From the NCBI GenBank assembly GCA_964612105.1, contig CAZTEU010000001.1, positions 79,115 to 143,114 of the forward strand: 64,000 nucleotides of DNA, in the 5' to 3' direction. The notes under the pieces were generated by a model, which saw nothing but the letters and a program-made list of their open reading frames with translations, had not been told where the DNA came from and made no database searches. A program made the translations under genes and the position numbers. Position 1 is the stretch's first letter, and each line of letters begins with the position of its first letter. The DNA is from an uncultured Gammaproteobacteria bacterium (GTDB lineage Bacteria; Patescibacteriota; Patescibacteriia; Magasanikbacterales; UBA922). Below are positions 40,514 through 50,904 of this stretch, in pieces.

Positions 40514-41789
40514 AGACTAATTTTATTGCGTCTCTAACAAATTGCCTATCGTCCCATGGAATAATTTTGTCGTTTTTTAGACACATTCCCTGCTCTGATC
40601 CTTTTCCACTTACAATTACTAAATCACCTTTTTGTGCCATAGATATTGCTTCTTCTATAGCTTCCTTTCTGTCTAATATCTCAAACAGGTCCTCATTAAG
40701 TGTTTTACCAACTTCTTTTGCCCCCTTTGAAACCTGTGCCATTATTTCTAGTGGATCCTCATCATAAGGATCTTCATCAGTAATGATAAATATGTCTGCT
40801 TTTTCTCCAACCAATCTACCAATTGGCTCTCTTCTTGATTTATCTCTTCCGCCACCTGTAGCACCACAAACATGAATAATTCTTTTCGGTTTTAGAAGAT
40901 CAACAACAGAATATAATGCATCTAATGCTTTTAACTCAAAAGCATAGTCTACTATTACATCAAAACCTTCTTCTTTTGCCTCACCAATAAACTCAACTCT
41001 TCCAGGAGCATTTGTTAATTCACCAATTGTTTTATCTATTATACCCCAATCTACGCCGAATGTGCGAGCAATGGACACAGCACAAAGAATATTCATAGCA
41101 TTATGCTCGCCATAGATTGGTGAAGTAAAACTTCTTTTATTTATAGAAAAACTTATCCCTGCTTTTGATGAAGTTACATTAGACAGTGTAAAGTCTCCAC
41201 TCTTCTTTCCAAAAGTAACTTTCTTTGAAAAACCATAATTTATAAACTCCCCCGACTCATCCAAATCCCCATTAATTATGGCTGTCCTATTTTTTCCAAG
41301 TGATGCTGTATACGAAAACAACTTCTTCTTTGCATTCTTATACCTCTTAAAATTACCGTGTGATTCAATATGCTCGGGATATAAATTTGTAAGAACAGCC
41401 GTATTGTAATCAATAAATCTATGCCTGTGTTGCACAATTCCTTCTGAGGTTGTCTCTACGATAGCAATTTCACATTTCTTTTCTACCATTTCCCTCAGGA
41501 ATTTTTGTACTTGCATTTTACCAAGCATTGTCATTTTTTGGTCGTTTAGTTTATCTTTACCTGCAATGTAAAAATCAATTGTAGAAAGTGAGCCAACTAC
41601 TTTTCCTGCATTCTCAAATATTTTTCTAAGAAAAAATACGGTTGTTGACTTTCCACTTGTTCCTGTAATTCCAATAACTTTTAGTTGTTTAGATGGATTT
41701 CCGTATTTTATTGCCCCTAACCAAGCATAGAAAAGATGACGAAGATTAAGCACTCGCTTTGGAATAATTTTTTTTATTACTCTTTTCAT
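40491..41789 (-). CDS. murE: Mur ligase, probably UDP-MurNAc-L-Ala-D-Glu--diamino acid ligase (MurE)
   Basis: Mur ligase P-loop GITGTSGKST, a central domain and a C-terminal domain. The specificity call is inference. Confidence 0.6.
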   Translation of the reverse strand: MKRVIKKIIPKRVLNLRHLFYAWLGAIKYGNPSKQLKVIGITGTSGKSTTVFFLRKIFENAGKVVGSLSTIDFYIAGKDKLNDQKMTMLGKMQVQKFLREMVEKKCEIAIVETTSEGIVQHRHRFIDYNTAVLTNLYPEHIESHGNFKRYKNAKKKLFSYTASLGKNRTAIINGDLDESGEFINYGFSKKVTFGKKSGDFTLSNVTSSKAGISFSINKRSFTSPIYGEHNAMNILCAVSIARTFGVDWGIIDKTIGELTNAPGRVEFIGEAKEEGFDVIVDYAFELKALDALYSVVDLLKPKRIIHVCGATGGGRDKSRREPIGRLVGEKADIFIITDEDPYDEDPLEIMAQVSKGAKEVGKTLNEDLFEILDRKEAIEEAISMAQKGDLVIVSGKGSEQGMCLKNDKIIPWDDRQFVRDAIKLVYGAREKN

Positions 41790-41791
41790 TG

Positions 41792-42364
41792 CTATTCTTT
41801 TAAGCTTAGTTCGTAACTGATTATTTCTAATCTCCTAACAGCTCCTTTAGCTTGATCAAATTTGGTTCTTAAGTATTTAGTAAAGTGAAACTCAATTAAT
41901 TCCCCTACTATTTCTTTTCCAGCAGATACACACTTCTCTACCATCTTCCTGTCCCCAATTGTTGCTGACTTTATTGCATATCTCTGCAATTCACCTGGAA
42001 CATCGCATAACCCAGCCAAAAAAACGGAGTCATCAACACTTATATTTTTTATCTCACCCATCTTACCAGAGGTAATGAACTGGTACAATAGCGTTGCTTC
42101 TACGTACTCTTCAACACCTTCGCGATATGATCCTTCTTTTAATGCTTTCTGAGTCTTCCTATACCTTTTCTGTAGTGCTTTTAGTAGCTTTTCTGCCTCC
42201 GATAGCTTGAGCTTAGCAGCCTTCAAATTACCCGCGTGAATCTCAAATATAGCTCTCTTAGCATGGTGTTGTGCGTCTCCTGAGTGCTTTATTACATCTC
42301 TTCTTACATTTGCGTAAGAATTATATTCCCTCTTCATTTTTCTTATGTATTTCTTTTCCAACAT
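41792..42364 (-). CDS. Translin/TRAX-family-like protein (putative)
   Basis: 190-aa helical protein. The segment VFLAGLCDVPGELQRY resembles the translin/TRAX motif (D.LLG.ADLTGEL.R), and EEYVEA fits the acidic Glu-rich region. Confidence 0.4.
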   Translation of the reverse strand: MLEKKYIRKMKREYNSYANVRRDVIKHSGDAQHHAKRAIFEIHAGNLKAAKLKLSEAEKLLKALQKRYRKTQKALKEGSYREGVEEYVEATLLYQFITSGKMGEIKNISVDDSVFLAGLCDVPGELQRYAIKSATIGDRKMVEKCVSAGKEIVGELIEFHFTKYLRTKFDQAKGAVRRLEIISYELSLKE

Positions 42365-42367
42365 ATA

Positions 42368-45043
42368 TTAATTAATTATTTTTTTTCTGTGTGAACGAAC
42401 AATAAATATAAATTTCATAAACTCGATTAGTACAACATCAATCGCCCCAAATAAGAACACAAGTCCCCAATGAGACATATTCAGTGGTGTTGTACGCAGT
42501 AAAGTTTGCAGAGGCTCCCAGTATATGGACGACACCAACAAGATTACTCCAAACAATACACTGTATGTTACGTATTTATTATTAAATGGATTGATTTCCC
42601 ATATCATGTGTCTAATACTTCGTACAGGATATATAAACAATAGAGAATTAAAAGCAAGTGTTGCAAATATAATGGTTCGTGTTAATTCCAGATCTTGTAA
42701 GTGTCCTTCCAAATAAACAAAAAGTCCAAGTAGTGCGAATCCAGCAATTATAGTTATTATGGAAATCATAATCTTCATGTGATTATCTATAATCTTTTCA
42801 CCCCTACCTCTAGGCTTATCCAACATATTTTCCTTATCTCCTTTATCAAAAGCCAGAGCCATGGTTGGGAAAGTATCCTCTATTAAATTAACCCACAATA
42901 TCTGTGCCGGTAATACAGCCAAAGGAAGCCCACCAGCAATACTTCCTATAACTATAATAATTTCTGTAAAGCTACCCGAAAGTAGATACAGAACAACTTT
43001 TTTAATGTTTTGGTATATTGTCCTCCCTTCCTCCACAGCCGAAACAATTGTACTAAACTTGTTGTCCAACAAAACCATGTCCGAGGTTTCCTTTGCTACG
43101 TCTGTCCCAGAACCAAGAGCAACACCAACGTCTGATCCTTTTATTGCTGGGGCGTCATTCACACCGTCTCCTGTCATTGCCACAGTCTCCCCATTAGACT
43201 TAAGTGCTTGTACAATATGAATTTTGTCCTTGGGATCTACACGAGCAAATATTGTTACCTTCTGTACAACATCCTTAAGTTTCTCTTTAGATATGGAACG
43301 TAATTGCTCTCCATTAAATACTGAGTCCTCGGAAACCTTCAATCCAATCTCTCTTCCAATTGCACTAGCTGTACTCACGTGATCACCCGTTATCATAACC
43401 ACACGAATACCTGCTTTACGTGCAATTTTGAGTGTCTTTTTTACATCTGCGCGTAACGGATCGCGTAAAGCTATTAATCCCACAAAGACAAGAGAAGATA
43501 CATCTTTCTCAGATATCTTATTAAGATTTTTATTTTGTTTTTTGTATGCTACAGCAAGCACACGTAATCCTCTGTTTGTTAACTTCTCTTGAGCTTCTCT
43601 AAACCATTCTTTCTGTTTTTGAGTTAATTTTTGCGTCTTTCCGTTCTTCTCAAAAAAAGTGGAGCGTTTCAATAAAACCTCTGGGGCACCCTTCACATAT
43701 ATCCTGCTCTCATTACCAAAATCATGTAGTGTTGCCATGTATTTTCTACTACTTGTAAACGCAACCTCATCTTTACGCACGTATCTTTCATCCAAATCAG
43801 CTTTTTTAATACCAACCCTTGCTCCTGCCTCCGCCAACGCTCTCTCTGTCATATCTCCCAAAAAGTGTATACCACCACTCTCTTTAGTTGTATCTAAAAT
43901 AGCATTATTGCTGAGTGTACCTATTTTCAGAGCTGTCAAAACATCACTAAACTTACTAGGCTTCTTTTGTAAGAGTGACATATCATCATCACCTATCTCC
44001 TGCCCAGCAGTAATAATCTCTGTTGCCCTCATCTTACCTTCCGTAAGAGTACCTGTCTTATCTGTACATATAACACTTACAGAGCCTAGAGTTTCTGCTG
44101 CAACCAACTTCCTAACAAGAGCTTTTTTCTTTAGTATAAACTGCATTCCTACTGCCAGAATAACAGTAAGGGCAATAACAAGACCTTCTGGAATAGCAGC
44201 AACCGCAACCGCAATTGCAGTCTCAAAAAGTTCGAAGGTGGTGTATTCTTCGCTGTGAAAAAATCTTCCAAATGCAAAAATTGCTGTGGATATTCCAATC
44301 ACAGCTATCGCCAAAATCTTACTAAGATGTGCTAATTGATTCTGTAAAGGTGTTTTTTCTTGTGCTGTTGTCTTTACTAAAGAGGCAATCCCGCCAAGTT
44401 GTGTTTGTAACCCTGCTGCTGTAACGAGTATAGTCGCCGAACCGTTTACTACAGTTGTTCCACGAAATACCATGTTTAATCTATCCCCTATTGCGACAGA
44501 TTTTCTAAGTTGTTTTTTATCCTTCCTTACAGATTCCGACTCTCCTGTAAGCACCGATTCATCTACTTCTAAACTTTTATGTTCCAATATACGACCATCT
44601 GCCTGCACCTTATCGCCTGCTTTTATATATAATACATCTCCAGGAACAATCTCATTACTCTCAATCTGTATCTTTTGTCCATCACGCAACACTATTGCCT
44701 TATATGTAACTATCTTATGAAGTTTCTCCAACGCCCTGTCTGCTTTGTCTTCTTGCACAAAACCAATAATCACGTTCACTGCAATTGTAATTACAATAAC
44801 AAGAGAATCTAGTAATTCATGCAAAAGAAAGCTTGCAATAGCAGCTACAACCAAAATAATAATCAATGGACTCTTCCATTGATCTAAAAAGATATTAAAA
44901 CGTGTAATCTGTGTGCTAGAATCTGGTAACTTATTTTCTCCGTATTTTTTCAACAACTTCTCTGCATTATTACCAGACAATCCACCCTCTGATGCTTGAA
45001 GTTCTCCCATTAGTTGTGTTATACTCTTTGCGTGTGTGTCCAT
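42368..45043 (-). CDS. P-type cation-transporting ATPase (P2-type, Ca2+/Mg2+ family)
   Basis: TGES, PEGL, DKTGTLTE phosphorylation site, TGDGVNDAPA and 10 predicted TM segments. Confidence 0.9.
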   Translation of the reverse strand: MDTHAKSITQLMGELQASEGGLSGNNAEKLLKKYGENKLPDSSTQITRFNIFLDQWKSPLIIILVVAAIASFLLHELLDSLVIVITIAVNVIIGFVQEDKADRALEKLHKIVTYKAIVLRDGQKIQIESNEIVPGDVLYIKAGDKVQADGRILEHKSLEVDESVLTGESESVRKDKKQLRKSVAIGDRLNMVFRGTTVVNGSATILVTAAGLQTQLGGIASLVKTTAQEKTPLQNQLAHLSKILAIAVIGISTAIFAFGRFFHSEEYTTFELFETAIAVAVAAIPEGLVIALTVILAVGMQFILKKKALVRKLVAAETLGSVSVICTDKTGTLTEGKMRATEIITAGQEIGDDDMSLLQKKPSKFSDVLTALKIGTLSNNAILDTTKESGGIHFLGDMTERALAEAGARVGIKKADLDERYVRKDEVAFTSSRKYMATLHDFGNESRIYVKGAPEVLLKRSTFFEKNGKTQKLTQKQKEWFREAQEKLTNRGLRVLAVAYKKQNKNLNKISEKDVSSLVFVGLIALRDPLRADVKKTLKIARKAGIRVVMITGDHVSTASAIGREIGLKVSEDSVFNGEQLRSISKEKLKDVVQKVTIFARVDPKDKIHIVQALKSNGETVAMTGDGVNDAPAIKGSDVGVALGSGTDVAKETSDMVLLDNKFSTIVSAVEEGRTIYQNIKKVVLYLLSGSFTEIIIVIGSIAGGLPLAVLPAQILWVNLIEDTFPTMALAFDKGDKENMLDKPRGRGEKIIDNHMKIMISIITIIAGFALLGLFVYLEGHLQDLELTRTIIFATLAFNSLLFIYPVRSIRHMIWEINPFNNKYVTYSVLFGVILLVSSIYWEPLQTLLRTTPLNMSHWGLVFLFGAIDVVLIEFMKFIFIVRSHRKKIIN

Positions 45044-45118
45044 AGTTACAAAAATCAGCGCAATTCTTGACAGTTGCGCAGTAGTAGTATATCATATTCG
45101 CGTGCTAAAAAACTATAC

Positions 45119-45191
45119 GGTCCGGTAGCTCAGTTGGTAGAGCAGCAGCCTTTTAAGCTGATGGTCCTGGGTTCGAGCCCCAGCCGGATCA
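45119..45191 (+). tRNA. tRNA-Lys (anticodon TTT)
   Basis: Acceptor ggtccgg/ccggatc (one G-U pair), D arm gctc/gagc, anticodon loop ctTTTaa and T arm ctggg-ttcgagc-cccag. Confidence 0.85.
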
Positions 45192-45198
45192 CAGATTG

Positions 45199-45227
45199 AG
45201 ACTTCTCTTTTTGAGAAGTCCTTTTTA
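45199..45227 (+). terminator. Rho-independent terminator after tRNA-Lys
   Basis: gacttctc-ttttt-gagaagtc followed by cttttt. Confidence 0.7.
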
Positions 45228-45267
45228 ATTAGCAAATATATTTATTTTCTGTTAAAATATCTATATT

Positions 45268-45600
45268 ATGGATATTATAATTAAAAGTTTTGCTTCTGCT
45301 GTTGTGACAGCAATAATATTGTTAATAGCAAGATTCTCTGGACCAAAGCTAGCTGGAGCAATAGGGGGTATCCCAATTGTTTTTGCAGTAACTTATGTAT
45401 TAATAACAATTGGAGATAAGAGTGTTTCCAAGGATTTCTTGGTTGGTGGAATATATGGCGCTGTAGCTGCTATTTTTTTTAGTATAATATTAATCTGGCT
45501 TAATTTTCAGTTTATAAAGAGTCATTGGATTAACTTTATAGTTGCGTACACACTTTCATTTTTACTAGCTCTAGCGCTGGTACATTTCACATCTAAATAA
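45268..45600 (+). CDS. Small polytopic membrane protein (hypothetical)
   Basis: 110 aa with 3-4 TM helices. Confidence 0.4.
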   Translation: MDIIIKSFASAVVTAIILLIARFSGPKLAGAIGGIPIVFAVTYVLITIGDKSVSKDFLVGGIYGAVAAIFFSIILIWLNFQFIKSHWINFIVAYTLSFLLALALVHFTSK

Positions 45601-45601
45601 T

Positions 45602-46555
45602 ATGACAATAATAATACAAGCTATAGTCCCTGTTTTCCTGCTTGTGCTTCTTGGTGTAATTGCTGAGTTGTTACTAAAAGATCGTATAGAGCCACCAAAA
45701 TACCTTGTGTGGTTAGGTTGTGCAGAAAACTCTTGGATTAGTGGTCTTAATGGTTTTGCGCTGTATTTAGGGCTTCCAGCGCTTATCTTCTATAGTCTTG
45801 CTCATACAGATAAGTCCCAAATTCTATCTACACCTGTTATTGGAACAAATCTGGCAATCTTGGCTGGAACAATTCTGGTTACAACTATTGTTGTACATCT
45901 GTTAAGACTAAAGAAAGAAATAGCTAATGCATATATTACAGCAGTATTTTTTGGTCAGGTTGCATATCTAGGCTTTCCTTTTTTAGACTCTTTAATACCT
46001 GGTTCTACAGGTATAGTTAGCATGCATGTTGCTGTTCATGTTGGTATAGCATTTACTGTGCTTTTAGGGGTACTGGAGTATCAGCACTATAGCAAAGCAA
46101 ATGTTGGCCTAATACTAAAAAGCCTAATTAAAAATCCATTACTACTTTCTGTATTGCTTGGTGTATTGTGGTTAATAGGTGGATTTGGTATTAATCCAAT
46201 GGTCGACAAAGCTCTGGCTATGCTTGCATCTAGCGCATCGCCTGTTGTGCTTGTGGCAATTGGTATGTTTATGGGAAGGAAAATTAACATAGACAAAACA
46301 TTTATCCATTCTGTACTTATTGCTGGATTTAAGATAATAATATTACCTCTTTTATTCCTTATTGTTGGTCTGTTCACAAAGCTTGGTTCCTCGTACCAGA
46401 TATCAACAATACTTGCTGGAATGCCTGTGGCTCTTACATGTTTTGCTTTGTCAGAAATATATGATATAGACAGAAAAGTTATTGCTAATGCAATAATACT
46501 ATCTACTATTGGTTCTATTGTATCACTTAGTGCATTGTCGTTTCTTGTATTATAG
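45602..46555 (+). CDS. AEC-family (auxin efflux carrier/malate permease-like) transporter
   Basis: ~10 TM helices and an AEC-like N-terminus (IVPVFLLVLLGVI). Confidence 0.6.
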   Translation: MTIIIQAIVPVFLLVLLGVIAELLLKDRIEPPKYLVWLGCAENSWISGLNGFALYLGLPALIFYSLAHTDKSQILSTPVIGTNLAILAGTILVTTIVVHLLRLKKEIANAYITAVFFGQVAYLGFPFLDSLIPGSTGIVSMHVAVHVGIAFTVLLGVLEYQHYSKANVGLILKSLIKNPLLLSVLLGVLWLIGGFGINPMVDKALAMLASSASPVVLVAIGMFMGRKINIDKTFIHSVLIAGFKIIILPLLFLIVGLFTKLGSSYQISTILAGMPVALTCFALSEIYDIDRKVIANAIILSTIGSIVSLSALSFLVL

Positions 46556-46616
46556 TTTGGAAACAAAAAAGTATTATAAAACCACTCATACTGAGTGGTT
46601 TTATGTTTGATCTGTA

Positions 46617-47411
46617 TTATTTTAGCTTCAGATCACCAAGTGGTGTGTTCTTCTGCATTGTTCCGTCACTGTCCCAAGTTATGTCATAAGTACCATTTGA
46701 GTTGGCCTTTGTAACCTTACCTGACCAATAACTTCCACCGTTCCATCTTGCTTCTACTGCTGTTCCAGCTTTTAGACGTACACTACTAGCCGCTGTTCCT
46801 GGCTGTGTTGTGCCATCGTCCCACTTTACATCAAAAGTACCATTAGCATTTACTTTACTAATCATACCACCGTACCAACTTCCGTCTGTAACCCACTTTC
46901 CTTCTACTGGGGTACCTACTGAGAAAATACCGCTTGATGGTGCTGGTGCGCTTACTTCTACTTTTACATCAGAAGTGTCTGCTGATTCTTTTGCAGTGGA
47001 AACACCAGGGTTTGGATCCAAACGAAGCTCACTAAGTGATACATCGTACTTTGCTCCATCATAATAAGTTACAGTGTAAACATCATCACTAATTGATGTT
47101 ACTTCTGCATCATAGTAAGGAGTACCTGTCCATTTTGCAATGACTTTTGTACCAACCTTAACTTTACCCTCTTTTGGAACCACGTTACGTATGATTTGGT
47201 CAGGAGCAACACACTTCTCACCACTTTCATCGAAAGCAACGTTGAACCCAAGGTCACAGGTTTTGTCTATGGTACCTGAATACCATTTTTGTGATGTCCA
47301 CTCAGCGAAGACGTTGTCCCCAACTGCAAGTGGCGCCACAGAGGATGCACACCCTCCTCCAATTAGAAGAAGAGAAACTGCAAGACCTCCAAAAAGTCGG
47401 CTTAGCCTCAT
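46617..47411 (-). CDS. Lipoprotein with four tandem Tudor/SH3-like ~55-aa repeats
   Basis: Lipobox (LLIGGGC). Four repeats of the form G.kV.A.W....Wy.G.i.k....GtydV.wDdG. Confidence 0.5.
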   Translation of the reverse strand: MRLSRLFGGLAVSLLLIGGGCASSVAPLAVGDNVFAEWTSQKWYSGTIDKTCDLGFNVAFDESGEKCVAPDQIIRNVVPKEGKVKVGTKVIAKWTGTPYYDAEVTSISDDVYTVTYYDGAKYDVSLSELRLDPNPGVSTAKESADTSDVKVEVSAPAPSSGIFSVGTPVEGKWVTDGSWYGGMISKVNANGTFDVKWDDGTTQPGTAASSVRLKAGTAVEARWNGGSYWSGKVTKANSNGTYDITWDSDGTMQKNTPLGDLKLK

Positions 47412-47451
47412 ATAACTTTACGTTATTAATAAATAAAATTTAATAAACTAT

Positions 47452-48531
47452 CTACTTTTTTATAACAAGTGAATTTAGTGAATTGATTATATCATTTTCC
47501 CTTGCCTGGGGCAAAAGTTCTTTTAACTTATCCCCAAGTGCATCTCTTCTTGCCTTATTGTCTATTAACTTAATAATTTCCCTGGACAGTGCATCCCTAT
47601 GTATATCATCCTCATCTACAAACACAACAGCACCAGATTTCTTTAGAAAATCTACATTTTCTTCCTGATGACCTGGCTTTGGAACTAATATAGACGGCTT
47701 TCCAAGAGCTGCAAGTTCACTAATTGTACCAAATCCACCTCTAGAAACTACAACATCTGCAATCGCATATGCGTGTTTCATTTCATCACTAAATGACTGG
47801 AATACATGATAGTCATCAAAATGCTTCATAGCATTCTTTGCTAGCTCTTGTGAGCGTTCTTTACCTGTAAGATGTATTATCTGTGCTTTTCCCTTAAGAG
47901 CCTCCAGAGAGTCCACCACAAGCTGATTAACACGCAGAGAACCTGTACCCCCTCCAGTAACAAAAACAACAGGTAGGTCAGATTTTATAGAAAAAATCTG
48001 CTTAGCCTTCTCTTTATTGCCATTTAGTATGTCTTTTCTGACAGGATTCCCTATCCACCTAGTTTTTTTCTTTGGAAAGCCCTTTAGTTGCTGTTTTAGT
48101 GCTGTTGTGATAAGGGTAGCGAATGGGGACATAACCTCATTACTCATCCCCTTCTGTATATCCTGCTGATGTATCCATGTAGGTATTCCAAGTAGCCACG
48201 CAGCCCAATGTAGTGGTACAGACACAAAACCACCCGCAGAGATACACCCGTTTGGCTTTTCTGCTTTTAGTAATTTAATTGACTCAAAGACACCTTTTAT
48301 AACCCTAAAAATATCCAACACATTAAGGAAGGAGATATACCTCCTAAACTTTCCAGATGAGATTGAGATAAACTTAATATCATAGTTTTTAATAAACTCT
48401 CTCTCTGGACCAGTTTCTGAACCTACCCACACAAAAGTAGCGTCTGTGTATTTATTAACAATCACTTCACGCATTGCTAGTAGTGGAGTCACTGGACCTA
48501 ATGTACCTCCTCCAGAAAGTAATATTTTCAT
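47452..48531 (-). CDS. murG: Undecaprenyldiphospho-MurNAc-pentapeptide beta-N-acetylglucosaminyltransferase MurG
   Basis: GT28 N- and C-terminal domains, with GGGTLGPV and GGTGS.. motifs. Confidence 0.85.
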   Translation of the reverse strand: MKILLSGGGTLGPVTPLLAMREVIVNKYTDATFVWVGSETGPEREFIKNYDIKFISISSGKFRRYISFLNVLDIFRVIKGVFESIKLLKAEKPNGCISAGGFVSVPLHWAAWLLGIPTWIHQQDIQKGMSNEVMSPFATLITTALKQQLKGFPKKKTRWIGNPVRKDILNGNKEKAKQIFSIKSDLPVVFVTGGGTGSLRVNQLVVDSLEALKGKAQIIHLTGKERSQELAKNAMKHFDDYHVFQSFSDEMKHAYAIADVVVSRGGFGTISELAALGKPSILVPKPGHQEENVDFLKKSGAVVFVDEDDIHRDALSREIIKLIDNKARRDALGDKLKELLPQARENDIINSLNSLVIKK

Positions 48532-49634
48532 AATTTCGCGTGTTTAGAAACATTAATCATTATACCCACTCCTGCCATTACAATCATAAGTGCTGTACCC
48601 CCATGACTTACAAAAGGCAAAGGAACGCCTGTAAGAGGAAGAATGCTAACCATTGCACCTATGTTTAGGAATGATTGGGCTAATATCCAGATAAGTATAC
48701 CTGTAACTAAAAACTTTCCAAAATCATCCTTTATCGCCTGTGCTAATAAGAATCCCCTATATGCAATTCCAACCAAGATTGCAACTAGCGCAAGTGAGAC
48801 TATTAGACCCATTTCCTCAGCTATAATAGCAAAAATACTATCTGCATGCACCTCTGGAAGATACTGAAACTTCTGCCTGGATCTACCAAGACCTAGACCT
48901 AGTGTTCCACCAGATCCAATAGCCACTAATGCCTGATTTGTCTGATATCCAACTCCTTGAGGATCTAGTTCTGGGTGTAAAAATACAGTCAGTCTAGCTG
49001 TCCTGTACGGCGCAACTAGTATTAGTAAAACCATAGCTGAAACACCAGAAATAGCAAAAATAGACATGTGGGTAGGTTTTGTTTCTGCAACAAAGAGTAA
49101 TCCAAAAACAATCGCTAATAATATTGCAACAGTACCAATATCTGGCTGAAGTACAACTAAAATAATTGGTGCAAGAGCAAGTCCAATTGCCACTAAAAAA
49201 CCTTCCTTAAAATCCTGGATGCCTTTCCCCTTCTTCGCAAGATACGCAGATAGAAAAATTATTAGACCTAGTTTTGCAAACTCCGCAGGTTGTATGGAAT
49301 TACTACCTATCTTAATCCAACTCTGAGCTCCCGTATTAAGGCTAGAGCCGATACCTGGGATAAAAACAAGAATAAGTACAAGTAACACAAGCCCGTATAT
49401 TGGTGTAGCAAATTGAGCAAGTCTCCTATATGAAATCTTTGCAAATGCAAAGAATAGAATTAGTCCTGGAATTACCCCAAATATTAGCTGTCTCTTAATA
49501 AAAAAATAACCGTCCTGGAAACGATCATGCCCAACCGGTGAACTTGCAGAGCTTAGCATAACAAGTCCAAAGATAAGTAGAATTGTAAATAGAGATAATA
49601 ATGTATAGTCTGCCTGATTGCTGCTTCCCCTCAT
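48528..49634 (-). CDS. ftsW: SEDS-family peptidoglycan glycosyltransferase (FtsW/RodA)
   Basis: 10 TM helices and a SEDS pattern. Overlaps murG by 4 nt. Confidence 0.8.
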   Translation of the reverse strand: MRGSSNQADYTLLSLFTILLIFGLVMLSSASSPVGHDRFQDGYFFIKRQLIFGVIPGLILFFAFAKISYRRLAQFATPIYGLVLLVLILVFIPGIGSSLNTGAQSWIKIGSNSIQPAEFAKLGLIIFLSAYLAKKGKGIQDFKEGFLVAIGLALAPIILVVLQPDIGTVAILLAIVFGLLFVAETKPTHMSIFAISGVSAMVLLILVAPYRTARLTVFLHPELDPQGVGYQTNQALVAIGSGGTLGLGLGRSRQKFQYLPEVHADSIFAIIAEEMGLIVSLALVAILVGIAYRGFLLAQAIKDDFGKFLVTGILIWILAQSFLNIGAMVSILPLTGVPLPFVSHGGTALMIVMAGVGIMINVSKHAKL

Positions 49635-49636
49635 AA

Positions 49637-49999
49637 CTAAACGTTAAGAAGTATAATTAGCTGTGCTACTACCAATATTACTAACTGACAGATTAGAGAT
49701 ATTCCATTAAAAATAGTAGATACAAACTTATCATCTCGGAAGAACAGCCAACCAACCAGGGCATTTACAAGTAAAATAAGTAGCCCTAGACCAGGCAGAT
49801 AAAGCATATGTTGCCAAGGACCAATAAGATCTACACCAAATAGTACATTGTAATGCAGGAAAATATGATCTTCTCTTGGTCCAATATGCCACAATAGCCA
49901 CAACCAAGTAGCTACATTCACTATAAATGAGGACAATACAAAGATAAGGTTTGGTTTGTATTTTAAATAAAGCTTTATAGGGTAAAGATTTTTTGACAT
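49637..49999 (-). CDS. Small membrane protein (hypothetical)
   Basis: 120 aa with 3 TM helices. Confidence 0.35.
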   Translation of the reverse strand: MSKNLYPIKLYLKYKPNLIFVLSSFIVNVATWLWLLWHIGPREDHIFLHYNVLFGVDLIGPWQHMLYLPGLGLLILLVNALVGWLFFRDDKFVSTIFNGISLICQLVILVVAQLIILLNV

Positions 50000-50201
50000 A
50001 TATTTACTACATTATAGCTAATATATGCACTATTGACAAACTTACTCAAGTTAGCTATAATCTTGTCATTCAAGTTAAAGAATGATTAACGACAGATATA
50101 ACACCCTTCCTGAGAAATCATAGGTGAATATCTGGGCGGTTCCTCTATAATATAGATTGTAGTCGAAACAATCCATATAGAGTGGTAAAGAATACTTTCT
50201 T

Positions 50202-50489
50202 ATGGCAAAAAAGAAAGCAGGTGGTTCTACCAGGCTGGGCCGTGACTCTAATCCACAGTATCTAGGTACAAAAGTTGGAGATGGTCAGACAGTCAAAAGC
50301 GGGCAGGTTATTGTTCGTCAACGTGGTACAAAAATCCACCCAGGGAAAAACGTAAAGCGTGGTAAAGATGACACACTTTTCGCACACATTGCAGGAGTAG
50401 TCAAATTTACACAGAAGAAACGAAAGCGTTTCGATGGATCGCTAAAACTTGCTAAGTTTGCAAACGTTATCCCAACAGGAAAAAAATAA
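50202..50489 (+). CDS. rpmA: 50S ribosomal protein L27
   Basis: [22 protein letters not shown]... matches the L27 N-terminus. Confidence 0.9.
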   Translation: MAKKKAGGSTRLGRDSNPQYLGTKVGDGQTVKSGQVIVRQRGTKIHPGKNVKRGKDDTLFAHIAGVVKFTQKKRKRFDGSLKLAKFANVIPTGKK

Positions 50490-50497
50490 TTCCAAAT

Positions 50498-50524
50498 AAA
50501 AAATCCCCTTATGGGGGTTTTTTG
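50498..50524 (+). terminator. Rho-independent terminator after rpmA
   Basis: aaaaatcccc-ttat-gggggtttttt. Confidence 0.75.
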
Positions 50525-50525
50525 A

Positions 50526-50903
50526 TTGCTACGCGAAAAAAACAAATATTCATGTTATACTATAATGCATATGCCACACCCAATACATCATCAAAACAGA
50601 CGAAAGCGGATTCATCTCAAACACGAGAAATATCCGCACCCAAACACATTAAAAAACTTTGTAGACAAACTAATATATCTTGTTTGCATTTTTGTCCCTT
50701 TCATGACATTAGTGCAATTACTAAAAATATACTTAGAAAAAAATGCATCCGGTATATCATGGGTAGCGTATACTGGTTATTTTACAGCAAACCTTGTTTG
50801 GTTATTATATGGAATAGTACACAAAGAGAAGCCAATCATGATTATGTATACTCTGCTAGCTATCCTTAACATAACAATCGTGATAGGCGCCTTCCTTTAT
50901 TAA
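50526..50903 (+). CDS. SemiSWEET/PQ-loop (MtN3-like) three-helix transporter (putative)
   Basis: Three TM helices, with a PQ-loop-like VPFMTLVQLLKIYLEKNASGISW.......WLLYG pattern. The true start is probably an internal ATG (MHMPH, ~50565). Confidence 0.45.
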   Translation: MLREKNKYSCYTIMHMPHPIHHQNRRKRIHLKHEKYPHPNTLKNFVDKLIYLVCIFVPFMTLVQLLKIYLEKNASGISWVAYTGYFTANLVWLLYGIVHKEKPIMIMYTLLAILNITIVIGAFLY

Positions 50904-50904
50904 T

